A DNA stretch of 64,000 bases from a virus. Location: the IMG/VR virus record IMGVR_UViG_3300021399_000006, positions 78,128-142,127 of that record, one strand, 5' to 3'. Below the pieces are notes generated by a model. That model ran no database searches and had not been told where the DNA came from. It saw nothing but the letters and a program-made list of their open reading frames with translations. The position numbers and the translations under genes were made by a program. Below are positions 1 to 10,306 of this stretch, one piece after another (within the stretch, counting starts at the first letter, position 1; the number at the start of each line of letters is the position of its first letter).

Positions 1-216
1 AAAAACAATAGCTTCAGAAATAGGATTATTTAAATATCTTTCTATGATTTCTTTTATTTCTATTTCTACTTTTGGCGCGGAAGCTAGGTCTGAATTTTGA
101 CAGACCTGCTTCCCGCATTCTTTATCACACTTAAATGTACAATAAGGCATCATTATTGTCATACAGGGTTTTTTATAATTAACAAAATCTTCTTCTATAA
201 TATCAATTATTTTCAT
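1..216 (-). CDS. Cys-rich protein, possibly an NrdG-like activase (partial; continues beyond window start)
   Basis: Minus-strand ATG at 214-216 overlaps the nrdD stop. Translation reads MKIIDIIEEDFVNYKKPCMTIMMPYCTFKCDKECGKQVC... with a Cys cluster. Its position directly downstream of nrdD is where nrdG normally sits, but the Cys spacing is not the canonical CxxxCxxC. Confidence 0.25.
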   Translation of the reverse strand, partial: MKIIDIIEEDFVNYKKPCMTIMMPYCTFKCDKECGKQVCQNSDLASAPKVEIEIKEIIERYLNNPISEAIVF

Positions 217-2165
217 AATGTCTCCGCAGTATTATTTATCGGTTCCCATCTCCGCATTTTATATTCTTTTACTCTTGCTTTAGACCATGAATTAACTGGT
301 GTATAAAAACCTACAACACGAGTATATGATGTTTCAACTGGCTTTCCGCAAACTGGACATGTTGTACCATAAAAAGCATGATTTTCTTCACAAGCCTGAA
401 TTATTGTATTAAAAGCAAAATATGTAACTCCCGCGTCTGCAATATATTTAACCATTTTATATGCCTTTTCATAAGAATCAAAAGGCGCATCAATGTTTGC
501 ATGAAGGATAGAACCACCGTTACAAAAACTATCAAATAAAGCTTGTACTCTAACTCTCTCTTGTAATGTTGTTTTAATTCCTAATGGAATAAATTGATTT
601 CCATAAAGAGGTAAATCATAAATATTTGCATTGGGATAAAAGAACATATCTTTTTTCATAAGTTTTGCGGCAGCTGTTTCACCAGGAATTTGTTCTGTAT
701 TAATCATATAATCACAATTATAATAACGAATAAATTCATCTGCCGTTTGTCTCATTACTTTAAAGATTTTTTCTCCAAATCTACTTGCTTCTTCTGTATA
801 AAAATTATTTCCTAATTTATCTTTTTGAACATAGCCAAAGCGTTTCATTGTTTCATATATACCGATAAAACCAATAGTATTATATAAATGTTCAAAATCA
901 ACTAATTTATATGAAAAATTAGGAAGTAATTTTTTATCTACATCACGTTTAATAATATTACGAATTACATCAAGAGCCTTTAAATCTAAAAGAACTCGTT
1001 TTTCTAATTCTTCAAGGTACTCTTGCTCTGAATTTGTATCAAGTGCTAAACGCGCTAGATTAATAGTAGAAACTTTTACACTACCAACTTTAAGTGCAGT
1101 ACCTCCAATTGAATTAAAATAGCCTAAATCTCTTATATCACTTTTTAATCTGCAACAATTACTTAGACTATTTACACTATTGTCTACAAAAATATTACTA
1201 TCTGACCATATCATATTATGACGGATAGCCCATTCCGCAAAATCAGGGTCAATAAAATCTCCATTTTGGTAAAGTAATGAAATGGTATTTACAGGAAATG
1301 TAAACATATTTTCACTTCTCGTTTTCGCCATCTATTCCATATACCACTTTTGAAATTCAATAATTTCATCTTCATAATCAATCATAAAAGTCCCGTCTGG
1401 AAATTCTGCTCCACCGAATAGTGCTTCAAAATAAGGCTTATCAAATACTGATGTATTAGTGAAGGCGGATTGCTGTCCATCACGAACATAAGGCTGATTC
1501 ACTGCATAAATAAACCGTTGAAAGTTTTGACGAGCATATCCTTCTGCAGACTCTGATGTAGTTATACCAAGGTAGTCCGCCTATTTATCTTTATTCCAAA
1601 AATAAAACATATATGGAATTAAGTTAGGTAAACCTACTGCTCCGCTACTTCGATTACTTGCAAAACCAATAAACTCTTTTACAAAGTCAACAAAAGTAGT
1701 AAGATGTTTAGCAGGCTTATAATTAAACGGATCTCCTATAAAATAAAGACCCTTTTCCGCCAAATCTTTTAAATCGTAAGCAAAACAATAATGTTTAAAT
1801 GTCGATGTATCTGAATCATGTAAATATAATTCTCCAATCCATTCCGCACGTAACCATTCATTAGCTGTTTTAAACCCATATTTCTTTTGAATTTCATAAT
1901 AAATTTTATTAAAAGCTAAAAGTTTTCTATGCGGTTTAGGCATTTCAGAAAGTAATGTTACCATATCTTTTCGTCTCACATTACTATTTCCATCTATTGA
2001 TACATTTGCTACTGTTTTTTCATCAATAAAATTATCAATAAAATCAGTATAACTTAATTGATCGTCATCGAATCCATTAATTCGTGCAATCTATGTTCCA
2101 AACTATCCTTGCAGTTTATTGTATTGTGTCGTAAAATTTTTTCCAAGTCTAATATTAATTTGCAT
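213..2165 (-). CDS. nrdD: Anaerobic ribonucleoside-triphosphate reductase NrdD (class III RNR), about 651 codons with 4 in-frame TAG
   Basis: Three ORF-track pieces lie in one frame (213..1331, 1581..1979, and an N-terminal extension to ATG 2163-2165). They are separated only by TAG codons at 1332-1334 and 1581-1583, plus two near 2100. The C-terminus has a Zn-ribbon CPVCG and a glycyl-radical motif TRVVGFY. The middle has FTNTSVFDKPYFEALFGG. An SD-like GGAG lies upstream. Confidence 0.75.
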
Positions 2166-2383
2166 TAGTTATAGTTCTCCTTTAACCATTTAACAGCTTG
2201 TCCAAAATCTAATATAGTATCATCTATTTGGAGGGCGGGAACCGATTGAATCCCCAACTATAGCATTTTATCTATGTTTTCATTTACAGTATACTATATA
2301 TTAGTTTTATCTAATTTAGTTTTTAACACTTTACATTTTGGACAATTTGTTGAATAAAATATAATCATCATTTTTTCCTCCAT
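2165..2383 (-). CDS. nrdH: NrdH/glutaredoxin-like redoxin (72 aa, 2 in-frame TAG)
   Basis: Translation reads MEEKMMIIFYSTNCPKCKVLKTKLDKTNI(Q)YTVNENIDKML(Q)LGIQSVPALQIDDTILDFGQAVKWLKENYN. It has a CPKC active site and a VP motif of the thioredoxin fold. Its stop overlaps the nrdD start (TAATG). Confidence 0.55.
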
Positions 2384-2469
2384 TTTATATTTTAAAATCA
2401 TAAAGCATGAATTAATCAATTTTGTTCCTATCGAATAATATGAAGTAAATCAGTTATAATAGGTTGAAT

Positions 2470-2985
2470 CTAATTTGTTGAATTATCAATTACTTTATAG
2501 GAAAAAGGAAGATTTAAAAAATCTTTTTTATCTGATAAAAATCTTCGACATATTTCATTACAATTAGGATTACCTTCTCTATTTAATTGTCTTAATAATC
2601 TAATTTTATCAGGACACCAAATAAAAATAGGAGTACAATCAATTCTATTATTTTCTAATAGCTGTTTGATTGAATTAGGAGAAAAAACACCTACATTAAT
2701 TTTATCTTCTTTTAAAACATCAATAGATGTACCATACCACCAATTATTAAAGCAAGAAAATTCTATCCACTTTTTTAAATTTTCTCCACTCATAAACTCA
2801 TTTGCTGTATTAATAAAATGATAATGTATTCCATCTGCCTAATAAGGTCTTGCAGGACGAGTAGTAGAAGATACAATTTTATTTAAATTCATTTTTGCGT
2901 AAGGTGTCTGAAAAAGGTTGGAAAGGATATAATCCTTTCCAGACCCCGCAGAACCGAATAATGCTATAATTTTATATTTATTCAT
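2470..2985 (-). pseudogene. Guanylate/dNMP kinase-like gene split by a +1 frameshift at a TAA, with one in-frame TAG
   Basis: The N-terminal P-loop piece MNKYKIIALFGSAGSGKDYILSNLFSDTLRKNEFK ends at TAA (about 2878). The rest continues in the +1 frame as ...KIVSSTTRPARPY(TAG)ADGIHYHF...FIEFSCFNNWWYGTS...IFIWCPDKIRLLRQLNREG, which carries the GMP-kinase motifs TTRxPRxG(E)xDG, YGT and RL..R. This is either a programmed +1 shift or a pseudogene/indel. Confidence 0.4.
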
Positions 2986-3190
2986 TATCTTCTTCTCCTT
3001 TTAATAAATAGAGTAATATATCTTTGGCATTATAATTAAAAATATGATAAGGATAAAAACTAAAAACATTATTAAAAATTTTACATTCATGTTTCCATTT
3101 ACATTTATCTTCTTCACATTTACCACCATTATAACATTCAATACACATAATTATAAGATTATAAGGACTCATTATTTTCCTCCATTCCAT
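2978..3190 (-). CDS. Small Cys-rich hypothetical protein
   Basis: 70-aa ORF with CIECYNGGKCEEDKCKWKHEC. Confidence 0.3.
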   Translation of the reverse strand: MEWRKIMSPYNLIIMCIECYNGGKCEEDKCKWKHECKIFNNVFSFYPYHIFNYNAKDILLYLLKGEEDNE

Positions 3191-6100
3191 ATCTTGCGGA
3201 AGCTAGTTCAATCCTTCTTCCATTTACATTCGTTATCAAATAAAGCTGGTGCCCGCCAGTACTTTTATATTTTTTAGCTACGAAAGTATCATCTCGTCTA
3301 TAACCTGTAACTAAAAGTTTATTACCACGAGTAAACCAACCTTTTTCTTTTACTTTTTTAACTCCTTCTTCATTCACTTCACTTATCTGTCTATTGAACA
3401 TTGCATAATAATCACGAGTAAATTTAACATTAACAGTTCCTGTTGGTGTTAAAAGTGTAACTATATGACGTGTATCATTTTTACCGATAACAGTTCCCGC
3501 AATCCTTTGTAACTTATAAATAGGAATTTGTTTTCCATTACGTTTGAAGAAACAATCTACTACGGGAGTTGAAGAAAGATTATTAAAATCTACGATACCA
3601 TAAAAATTATTATCAATATTTTTTAATTCATGGTCGTGATAATAGAAACATAATGATTTCATTTCCCAGAAAGAAATATTTCCTTCTGCATATTTATTCC
3701 ATTCTTCTTCAAAAAGTTTTAAATTTAATTGTTTTAAAACTTCTTGTTGATTAGACTGTAACCAGTTCCGCACTTTATCCATTACTTTTGAATAAATCTT
3801 ATCCCATACCTTTTGTTTTATTACAAAACAATTATTTATAATTTCAATATTCTCCATATCAAAATGGTCGGAATAAAAATTCATACTGTTTTGTTCGGGC
3901 ATTACATAATAATCTTGCCATTTCCTGGCTTTTAAAAATTTATTAAAATAATAAATAGTTTTCTCAAAATCTAAAGACTCTGGTAAAAGGTTATAGTTAA
4001 TAAGAGTTGCCATATTCTGAAGATTTAAACGGGTTTTAGGATTACTAGTTATAGATAAATAATAAACCATAGCCCAAGTACGTGGATCAATATTAAGAGA
4101 TTTTGCATCTTCTCTTGATAATTCATCAAAAGCACCAGCTTTAATTAAACTAATCATTGCCGTTTTATTTAACTTGCATCTATTCATAAAATCTTTAATA
4201 GATACGTATGGACGGTTTTGTTTAATCTGGTCAACAACAGATGCACCTACATTACTCAATGCCTTCATACCGAATAAGATTTGGTTATTTTCTACATCGG
4301 GTTTAAAACCATAATCTGATTTATTAATATCTACTAAACTAACTTTAATACCCGCATTAATAATTTCACCTAATGCTTTTGCAACCTTACCATAATCAGT
4401 CGCATTTTCTTTTTTCTTAATAGGAGTATCATCTTCATCATATTCAATATCATCTTCTTCTTCTTCAAGACTTCCGCTATTTACTACAAGACATGCGGCA
4501 TCCCAATAAATTGGACTCCAATGTGTAGCAATATAAGCAGTTTGAAAACCGATAAAGCTATAAGCTAAAGCGTGAATAATCGAAAAAGAATATCCCATCT
4601 GAGGACCGACGCCATTTTCCCACACATATTTCCCTAATTTTTCTGATGATGCTCGTTCTAGGATTTTTTGATGTAATTCTGGGATTTTACTCATTTGTTT
4701 TTTACCGACAATTTTTCTTGCGGCATTTGCTTCCGCCAAAGTAAAACCACAAATATTCTTATCCATAAGCATTAACATTAATTGTTCTTGTGAAGGTGGA
4801 ACTCCATATGAAGATTTAAAATATGGTTCAAGATAATCTCTTTCATTTGCTGTTAAACCAAATGTATACATTTCTTTATACCAAAGGTCAAGATTATTCT
4901 TATAACGGATATATTTTTCCATAGGTGTTTCCGCACCCTTTTCCGCTGTCATTAATCTCATAAGACCATTAGCATCTGTTAATTCAAGAATTGTTTTCGG
5001 TTTAATCTTTTTAGCGGCCTGACTACCAACTTCTGAATCAAACTGAAATACATTTATTACCGAACCATTTTGAATTGCATCCCATACATCTTTATCGTCT
5101 ATTGGTAAAACATTTGGATGGAAATATTTATCATACACAGGACGTAAATTAATTCCTGTATCTTCTATTATGCCATCTTCTTGTAAAAATCTAATTGCTT
5201 GAGCAAGTTTATCTTGAACTTCTGTAACCAGAAAGTCATATTTAACAAGACCTGCCGCTTCACAATCATGTAGATCATACTGTGTAATTATTTCTCCTTT
5301 TGGAGTTTTCATGAAACATCCAAATTCATATGGATCTTCATCGAAAAGAATTACACCAGAAGCATGACTACTACGCTTATTTACAAGACCAACAATACCA
5401 AAAATAATATCAAGAAGTCCTGGATATTCATTTACTTCTTTAACAAAAGCATGAACAGGTTCTCTATCTTTGTCTTTGTTGCCATTTATAACATCTTCAA
5501 GAGGCCATAAGAATCCTCTCTCTGAAGGAATTAATGATGCTATATATTGTGCTTCATCGTTATCAATACCATCTGGAAATTCTTCTGACCTATATCCGCG
5601 GCAGGCTGTAAGAACTGCTGACTTGGTTTGTTCTGTACCATATGTAGCTACTAAAGTACAACCTAGATTTTTTCGGGATAAATCATCTATATCAGGATTG
5701 AACCTACTGCCGCGCTCTTCTTTTATCTTTCTTACTATTGTTCCTTTTTTCGATGGACATATATCAATATCAATATCACCTAATTCAGTTCTTTCATCAT
5801 TCATATAACGAAAGAAAGGAAGGTTCCATTCAATTGGGTCAAGCTGAGTAATACCTAAAAGATAATGATTTAATGCGGCACATGATGAACCTCTCCCGGC
5901 ACCGACAAGACTTCCGCATTCCCATATCATATCAATATAATATTTTAGTGTAATAGGATATTTAAACATATTTGTTCCAAGTTTTTCTCCTATTACTTTT
6001 TTTACTCTTGCTTCTTCTTCAAGTTCATCCCAGTATTTTCTTAATTTATTTTCCATTAATGGTGAAAAATCCATTTGAGGATTCATTTTATCAATTTGAT

Positions 6101-7136
6101 TTGCACATTCATTTATCCAATATCTATCATAAATATTATCAGATAGATATAATTCATGTAAATTAGGATAAATTTTTTGTTCGTCAAACCAGTCAACATA
6201 CTGTTTAGGATAGTCTTTTACCGGTACGCTTGGAATAGTTTGATTATGAAGTAAATCATATATCTGAATTTTATCAAACATTTCCATACTATTAGCGCAC
6301 ATTTCTTCTATTAATTCGCCAATAGAAGGTTCAAGATTTTTTCTTAAATCATCTTTATCTTGGAGATATGCGTATTCATAAAAAGCATCTGTTTCTCTTT
6401 CTCCCCCTTTAGAATTAAGATATGCTTTATGAATATATCTATCTTCCTTTTTAAGATAATGGGCATCGTCTCCGATTACAATTTTTTTATCATATGAACG
6501 TGCAATTTGAACTAATTTTTTATTTGCAATAATTTGCTCTTTAGATGCTCCTGGAGCAACCTCAATATAAAAATCATTACCAAAAATTCTATCAACGAAA
6601 TCTATAAAATTAATGATTTGATTTTGTTTAATTATCACAGTCTCTTCATCTTCCATATGTCTAGCTTTTTCCATTTCTATAATACAGCTAGATAGTTCAC
6701 CGCCAAGACATGCAGACGTTGCTATAAGATGACCTGGATTCCGCATTACCACTTCTTCTAATTCACTCTTGAGAGTTGGTACACGTTCCATACCTCTATC
6801 CCAATAAGAGTTCATCCAAGCACGCGAAGATAATTGACGTAATTGTTTATGACCTTCCGCATCTTTAGCAATTAATATAAAGTGATAATACTTTATACCA
6901 TTTTGCCTTACATCTGTAAGATATATTTCATTACCTATTGCGATTTTAAAATTTGGGTTTTCTTTTTGAAGTTTACAAACACGAATAGATTGGGCAAGGG
7001 TTTCATGGTCTGTAATAGCCAATCCCGCAAGCCCAATCTCTTTTCCTCGTTTTACGAGGTCTGGTAATTTATTTATACAATCGAGAAGTCTAAAATTTGA
7101 CATCTCTGTATGACAATGTGGAACAAAACGTTGCAT
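3159..7136 (-). CDS. dnaE: DNA polymerase III alpha subunit-like replicative polymerase (DnaE family), 1325 aa, no TAG
   Basis: Uninterrupted 1325-aa ORF. N-terminal PHP domain (HCHTEMSNFRLLD, GLAGLAITDHETL), then polymerase core motifs (GSSCAALNHYLLGIT) and a C-terminal OB region. A perfect sigma70-like promoter and an AAGAGAGG RBS lie upstream. Confidence 0.85.
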   Translation of the reverse strand: MQRFVPHCHTEMSNFRLLDCINKLPDLVKRGKEIGLAGLAITDHETLAQSIRVCKLQKENPNFKIAIGNEIYLTDVRQNGIKYYHFILIAKDAEGHKQLRQLSSRAWMNSYWDRGMERVPTLKSELEEVVMRNPGHLIATSACLGGELSSCIIEMEKARHMEDEETVIIKQNQIINFIDFVDRIFGNDFYIEVAPGASKEQIIANKKLVQIARSYDKKIVIGDDAHYLKKEDRYIHKAYLNSKGGERETDAFYEYAYLQDKDDLRKNLEPSIGELIEEMCANSMEMFDKIQIYDLLHNQTIPSVPVKDYPKQYVDWFDEQKIYPNLHELYLSDNIYDRYWINECANQIDKMNPQMDFSPLMENKLRKYWDELEEEARVKKVIGEKLGTNMFKYPITLKYYIDMIWECGSLVGAGRGSSCAALNHYLLGITQLDPIEWNLPFFRYMNDERTELGDIDIDICPSKKGTIVRKIKEERGSRFNPDIDDLSRKNLGCTLVATYGTEQTKSAVLTACRGYRSEEFPDGIDNDEAQYIASLIPSERGFLWPLEDVINGNKDKDREPVHAFVKEVNEYPGLLDIIFGIVGLVNKRSSHASGVILFDEDPYEFGCFMKTPKGEIITQYDLHDCEAAGLVKYDFLVTEVQDKLAQAIRFLQEDGIIEDTGINLRPVYDKYFHPNVLPIDDKDVWDAIQNGSVINVFQFDSEVGSQAAKKIKPKTILELTDANGLMRLMTAEKGAETPMEKYIRYKNNLDLWYKEMYTFGLTANERDYLEPYFKSSYGVPPSQEQLMLMLMDKNICGFTLAEANAARKIVGKKQMSKIPELHQKILERASSEKLGKYVWENGVGPQMGYSFSIIHALAYSFIGFQTAYIATHWSPIYWDAACLVVNSGSLEEEEDDIEYDEDDTPIKKKENATDYGKVAKALGEIINAGIKVSLVDINKSDYGFKPDVENNQILFGMKALSNVGASVVDQIKQNRPYVSIKDFMNRCKLNKTAMISLIKAGAFDELSREDAKSLNIDPRTWAMVYYLSITSNPKTRLNLQNMATLINYNLLPESLDFEKTIYYFNKFLKARKWQDYYVMPEQNSMNFYSDHFDMENIEIINNCFVIKQKVWDKIYSKVMDKVRNWLQSNQQEVLKQLNLKLFEEEWNKYAEGNISFWEMKSLCFYYHDHELKNIDNNFYGIVDFNNLSSTPVVDCFFKRNGKQIPIYKLQRIAGTVIGKNDTRHIVTLLTPTGTVNVKFTRDYYAMFNRQISEVNEEGVKKVKEKGWFTRGNKLLVTGYRRDDTFVAKKYKSTGGHQLYLITNVNGRRIELASARYGMEENNESL

Positions 7137-7163
7137 TTATTAAACCTCTCTTTAATTTATTAT

Positions 7164-7192
7164 ATAAATATTATATCATAATTTTTATTAAT
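7164..7192 (-). promoter_or_regulatory. Consensus sigma70-type promoter for the DNA polymerase gene
   Basis: On the minus strand: TTGACA, a 17-nt spacer (attaataaaaattatga), then TATAAT. An RBS and the ATG at 7136 follow. Confidence 0.5.
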
Positions 7193-7385
7193 TGTCAAAA
7201 ATAAGACTCGTCTCTTGTTTTTATTTTTCTTTCAAATTCTTTACAAGTTACATAAAATTCAATTATATCAGGACAAAATTCATTATCAAGTTTTCCTTCA
7301 ACCTTTGAAATAATTTCAGGTACTTCAACTTCTGTATATTTACAAACGTTATATTTTTTACAATTTTCACATTCAAAATTAATAT

Positions 7386-7850
7386 TCATATCGGGTACTC
7401 CAATTCCTTACATTCTATTCCATGAAAATTAAAATATTCTTGTAAGTATTTTCTTTCACTACATAAATTATTAGGTGCTTCATATACCATCAAAACGATA
7501 GTATCTTTATTAAATTTATTTAAACAATATTCAAATGCTTTTATCATCGCATTAAAATTAATGGTGTTTAATAATTGTCTATATTCTTTCATACATTCAC
7601 ATTGTCCTCGTAAAGATTCTTTTTCTTCACAAGGACAGTAATGTATTCCTTTAGATTGTACTATAAGTGGTTCATATCTTAAACCGCATATAATACCTCT
7701 TTTATCTATATAATATTCTTGACCTTCTGGTGGTTGATACCAAAAAGGGTCATACATTGCTGTTGAAATAGGTATCATATTTTGTTTGAAGTTACGAATT
7801 TGGTAGAAATAGCTTGTATATATTTTATTTATTCTTTTTGATTTAACCAT
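7386..7850 (-). CDS. Hypothetical protein (154 aa)
   Basis: ORF track; flanked by two small Zn-ribbon ORFs (7195..7389 and 7829..8011, with CxxC pairs). Confidence 0.3.
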   Translation of the reverse strand: MVKSKRINKIYTSYFYQIRNFKQNMIPISTAMYDPFWYQPPEGQEYYIDKRGIICGLRYEPLIVQSKGIHYCPCEEKESLRGQCECMKEYRQLLNTINFNAMIKAFEYCLNKFNKDTIVLMVYEAPNNLCSERKYLQEYFNFHGIECKELEYPI

Positions 7851-8015
7851 TTTTCAAATTCTTCTAAGCAGGTATCGCATAAATCAATTTTTAATGTACA
7901 AATAGGAAATCCTATAGTTTTTGTAATTTGATATTGCGGTAATATGCAATTTTGCCAAGGATGAGGTTCATTATATTCTTTTTTACATCTATCACATATT
8001 CTTTTTATCATTTTT

Positions 8016-9191
8016 TTACCTCACTAATACTAATTTACTACTAGCCCGTGTAATTGCCGTATAAAGCCATCTTGCATGTTCTTCTCTATCAAAAGGGAAA
8101 GATTCTTCTAACACACAAACATTATCCCATTCACTACCTTGGCTTTTATGGACCGTAATAGCATATCCATAAGTAAATTCCATTGGGACAAGATGAGCAG
8201 TTCGCCAGTTAGAAGTAAGTTTATAAATTTTTTTAAAATCTAAACATCTTTCTCCTGTAAGAATTTGTTTTTCATCCATTTGAAGAAAACCAAAATCTGC
8301 ATCACTATCAGATGTAAATTTTGCATTTAAAACTTTAATAATATCGTTTCCTGCCCAACCAGGAACTCTATTATAGGTTTCATATACCTCATCAATATAT
8401 CCAATTGTTCCATTAACAAGAGGGTCATAATTAGTAGCAAGTCTATCCCAATAGTTTCTAAGACAAATAACCTTATCACCATTTTCTGGTTTATTGCCGC
8501 GCCCCATTAAATCTCTCATTTTATTATTAATGGCAACACGTGTTGCATTTGTACCTACTAGTATCTGGTCTGCCCATTTAAGTACACCAGTATTTAAATC
8601 TTTTTTAGGCATAACAATTACATCTGACCCAACAGAATAATCAAAAGATTCTTTATTACGAACTTGCATAGAAAGTCTAATAATTTCAGAGTCTAATGCC
8701 TGTCGCATAATTTCATCAAGAAATACATCTGGATTATTTAATAGACCATTATCTTGATTTTTATCTACTGGCGGAAGCTGGAACGGGTCACCTAAAGCTA
8801 TAATAAATACGTTATGAGAAAAAAGAAGTTCCATTAACTGTTTAGGAGCCATCGAAACTTCATCTACAATAACTACTTTATAATCTATAGTAGCTTTAGG
8901 GATACGGAAAAAAGTTCCATCGGGTTTAGGAATACTCTCATAAAGAAGTTTATGTAAAGTTAAAACATTTTTATTTCCTTTTTTAAGAAGAACCTGTGCG
9001 GCCTTACCTGTATAACAAGCATAAACTACATCTTCTCCAGGATTTATCCCAGGTAAATTTTGAACAATAAATTTTACTAATGTAGATTTACCGGCGCCCG
9101 CATATCCAGATATTACACAATATTTTTCACCATTAATATATTTTTCAATACAAGTTTTTAATCCTTGTTCTTGTTTCTTTGTAAGAATCAT
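8016..9191 (-). CDS. SF1B DNA helicase, Dda/RecD-like
   Basis: Walker A GYAGAGKST, motif II DEVSM, C-terminal VHKSQGSEWDNV. Confidence 0.75.
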   Translation of the reverse strand: MILTKKQEQGLKTCIEKYINGEKYCVISGYAGAGKSTLVKFIVQNLPGINPGEDVVYACYTGKAAQVLLKKGNKNVLTLHKLLYESIPKPDGTFFRIPKATIDYKVVIVDEVSMAPKQLMELLFSHNVFIIALGDPFQLPPVDKNQDNGLLNNPDVFLDEIMRQALDSEIIRLSMQVRNKESFDYSVGSDVIVMPKKDLNTGVLKWADQILVGTNATRVAINNKMRDLMGRGNKPENGDKVICLRNYWDRLATNYDPLVNGTIGYIDEVYETYNRVPGWAGNDIIKVLNAKFTSDSDADFGFLQMDEKQILTGERCLDFKKIYKLTSNWRTAHLVPMEFTYGYAITVHKSQGSEWDNVCVLEESFPFDREEHARWLYTAITRASSKLVLVR

Positions 9192-9457
9192 TATTCATGT
9201 TCTCCTATCGTTTCATCTAAAATTTCACAAAAACGTAATATATCCCGTTTAGCTACATCATAATATTTAGATTTTTCAGATTTATGATCTCTTTGCCATT
9301 CTAATTCAGCCATAGCTTCCCTTGCTCTGATATATCTATATACTAAAGAGTCATATTGATAACCCTTTAATTTTTTTTCATCTTTTTTCGTAAATAATTT
9401 AAAAACAGTATCACCAATTCCTATTTCTTTTATTTCTGTGTCTACAAATTCTGCCAT
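9191..9457 (-). CDS. Hypothetical protein (88 aa)
   Basis: ORF track; start overlaps upstream gene stop. Confidence 0.3.
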   Translation of the reverse strand: MAEFVDTEIKEIGIGDTVFKLFTKKDEKKLKGYQYDSLVYRYIRAREAMAELEWQRDHKSEKSKYYDVAKRDILRFCEILDETIGEHE

Positions 9458-9912
9458 TATTCTTCCTCCAATTTTTTACCCATTCTTAATTTCATTAATC
9501 TACTAATGAATTCTGTTTGAGTAAGAACAGTTTCAGATATTTTATTCCTTCCTATTGAATGAGATAAAATGGCTGGTTTACTAGCTTCTAATGCTTTTTG
9601 AAAACCTTGATTTTTATATAATGCATTGTATGCTTTATTTAATAATAACTGATACTCTTCACTATTTCTTTTATATTCTTTTCCATTCCAGTAAAGAGTT
9701 TGATTTTTTTGCCATTTCTTTTCAGAACCTTTATATTTAGCAGCACGGCCCACTAAAGAGCAAACATATCTCTGCATATCAACATTTTTAAATTTTAATG
9801 ATTGTAAAAATCCTTCCATTGAATTGCATTGAACTCCATCTATTTCAAAGGGGTGAGGTGCAAAATTGCTTAAAGCATTTGAAGGATATTTACCTGTACT
9901 ATTTATATCCAT
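9457..9912 (-). CDS. NADAR/YbiA-like (DUF1768) protein, candidate ADP-ribosyl-DNA glycohydrolase (anti-DarT)
   Basis: Motif ALSNFAPHPFEIDGVQCNSMEGFLQSLKF matches the NADAR signature (SNFxPHPFxxDGxxYxSxEhyfQaxKF). Confidence 0.5.
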   Translation of the reverse strand: MDINSTGKYPSNALSNFAPHPFEIDGVQCNSMEGFLQSLKFKNVDMQRYVCSLVGRAAKYKGSEKKWQKNQTLYWNGKEYKRNSEEYQLLLNKAYNALYKNQGFQKALEASKPAILSHSIGRNKISETVLTQTEFISRLMKLRMGKKLEEE

Positions 9913-9925
9913 TATTTTCTCCTTT

Positions 9926-10180
9926 TTATCTATCTACTATTATAATTTTATATTTTTCTTTATCATTTTTATCTAAACTTTCTATCCATTTATTTACTTT
10001 TTTACTAGGAAAAGTAGGTGATAATGTCAATAAAATTGCATTACCATATTTATCTTTTAAAATTTTTTCATTTTGAAAATGTTGATTTTCTGTAATTCCA
10101 TAAGAAGCAAAATAATAATATACTCTAGTTTCATGTATTAAAATATAATTAGGTTTAGAAAAATATAAAATTTTAGCCAT
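9926..10180 (-). CDS. Hypothetical protein (84 aa)
   Basis: ORF track. Confidence 0.3.
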   Translation of the reverse strand: MAKILYFSKPNYILIHETRVYYYFASYGITENQHFQNEKILKDKYGNAILLTLSPTFPSKKVNKWIESLDKNDKEKYKIIIVDR

Positions 10181-10253
10181 AGTATTTTCTCCCTTTATTC
10201 TTATATTATAATTTTATCATAAAAAAAATAAAAATGCAAAATCGAAATAAAAA

Positions 10254-10289
10254 AGACCAAGACCTAATTTTAAATCAGAATCTTGGTCT
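10254..10289 (-). terminator. Hairpin terminator downstream of the RecJ-like gene
   Basis: 9-bp inverted repeat agaccaaga/tcttggtct, followed on the minus strand by a T-rich tract. Confidence 0.35.
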
Positions 10290-10306
10290 AGCGCGCGCCC
10301 AGCAGA

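Noticed and set aside
97-306. 69-aa plus-strand ORF at the window start
   Set aside because: It overlaps the nrdD 3' end and the downstream Cys-rich gene on the opposite strand, and has no RBS.
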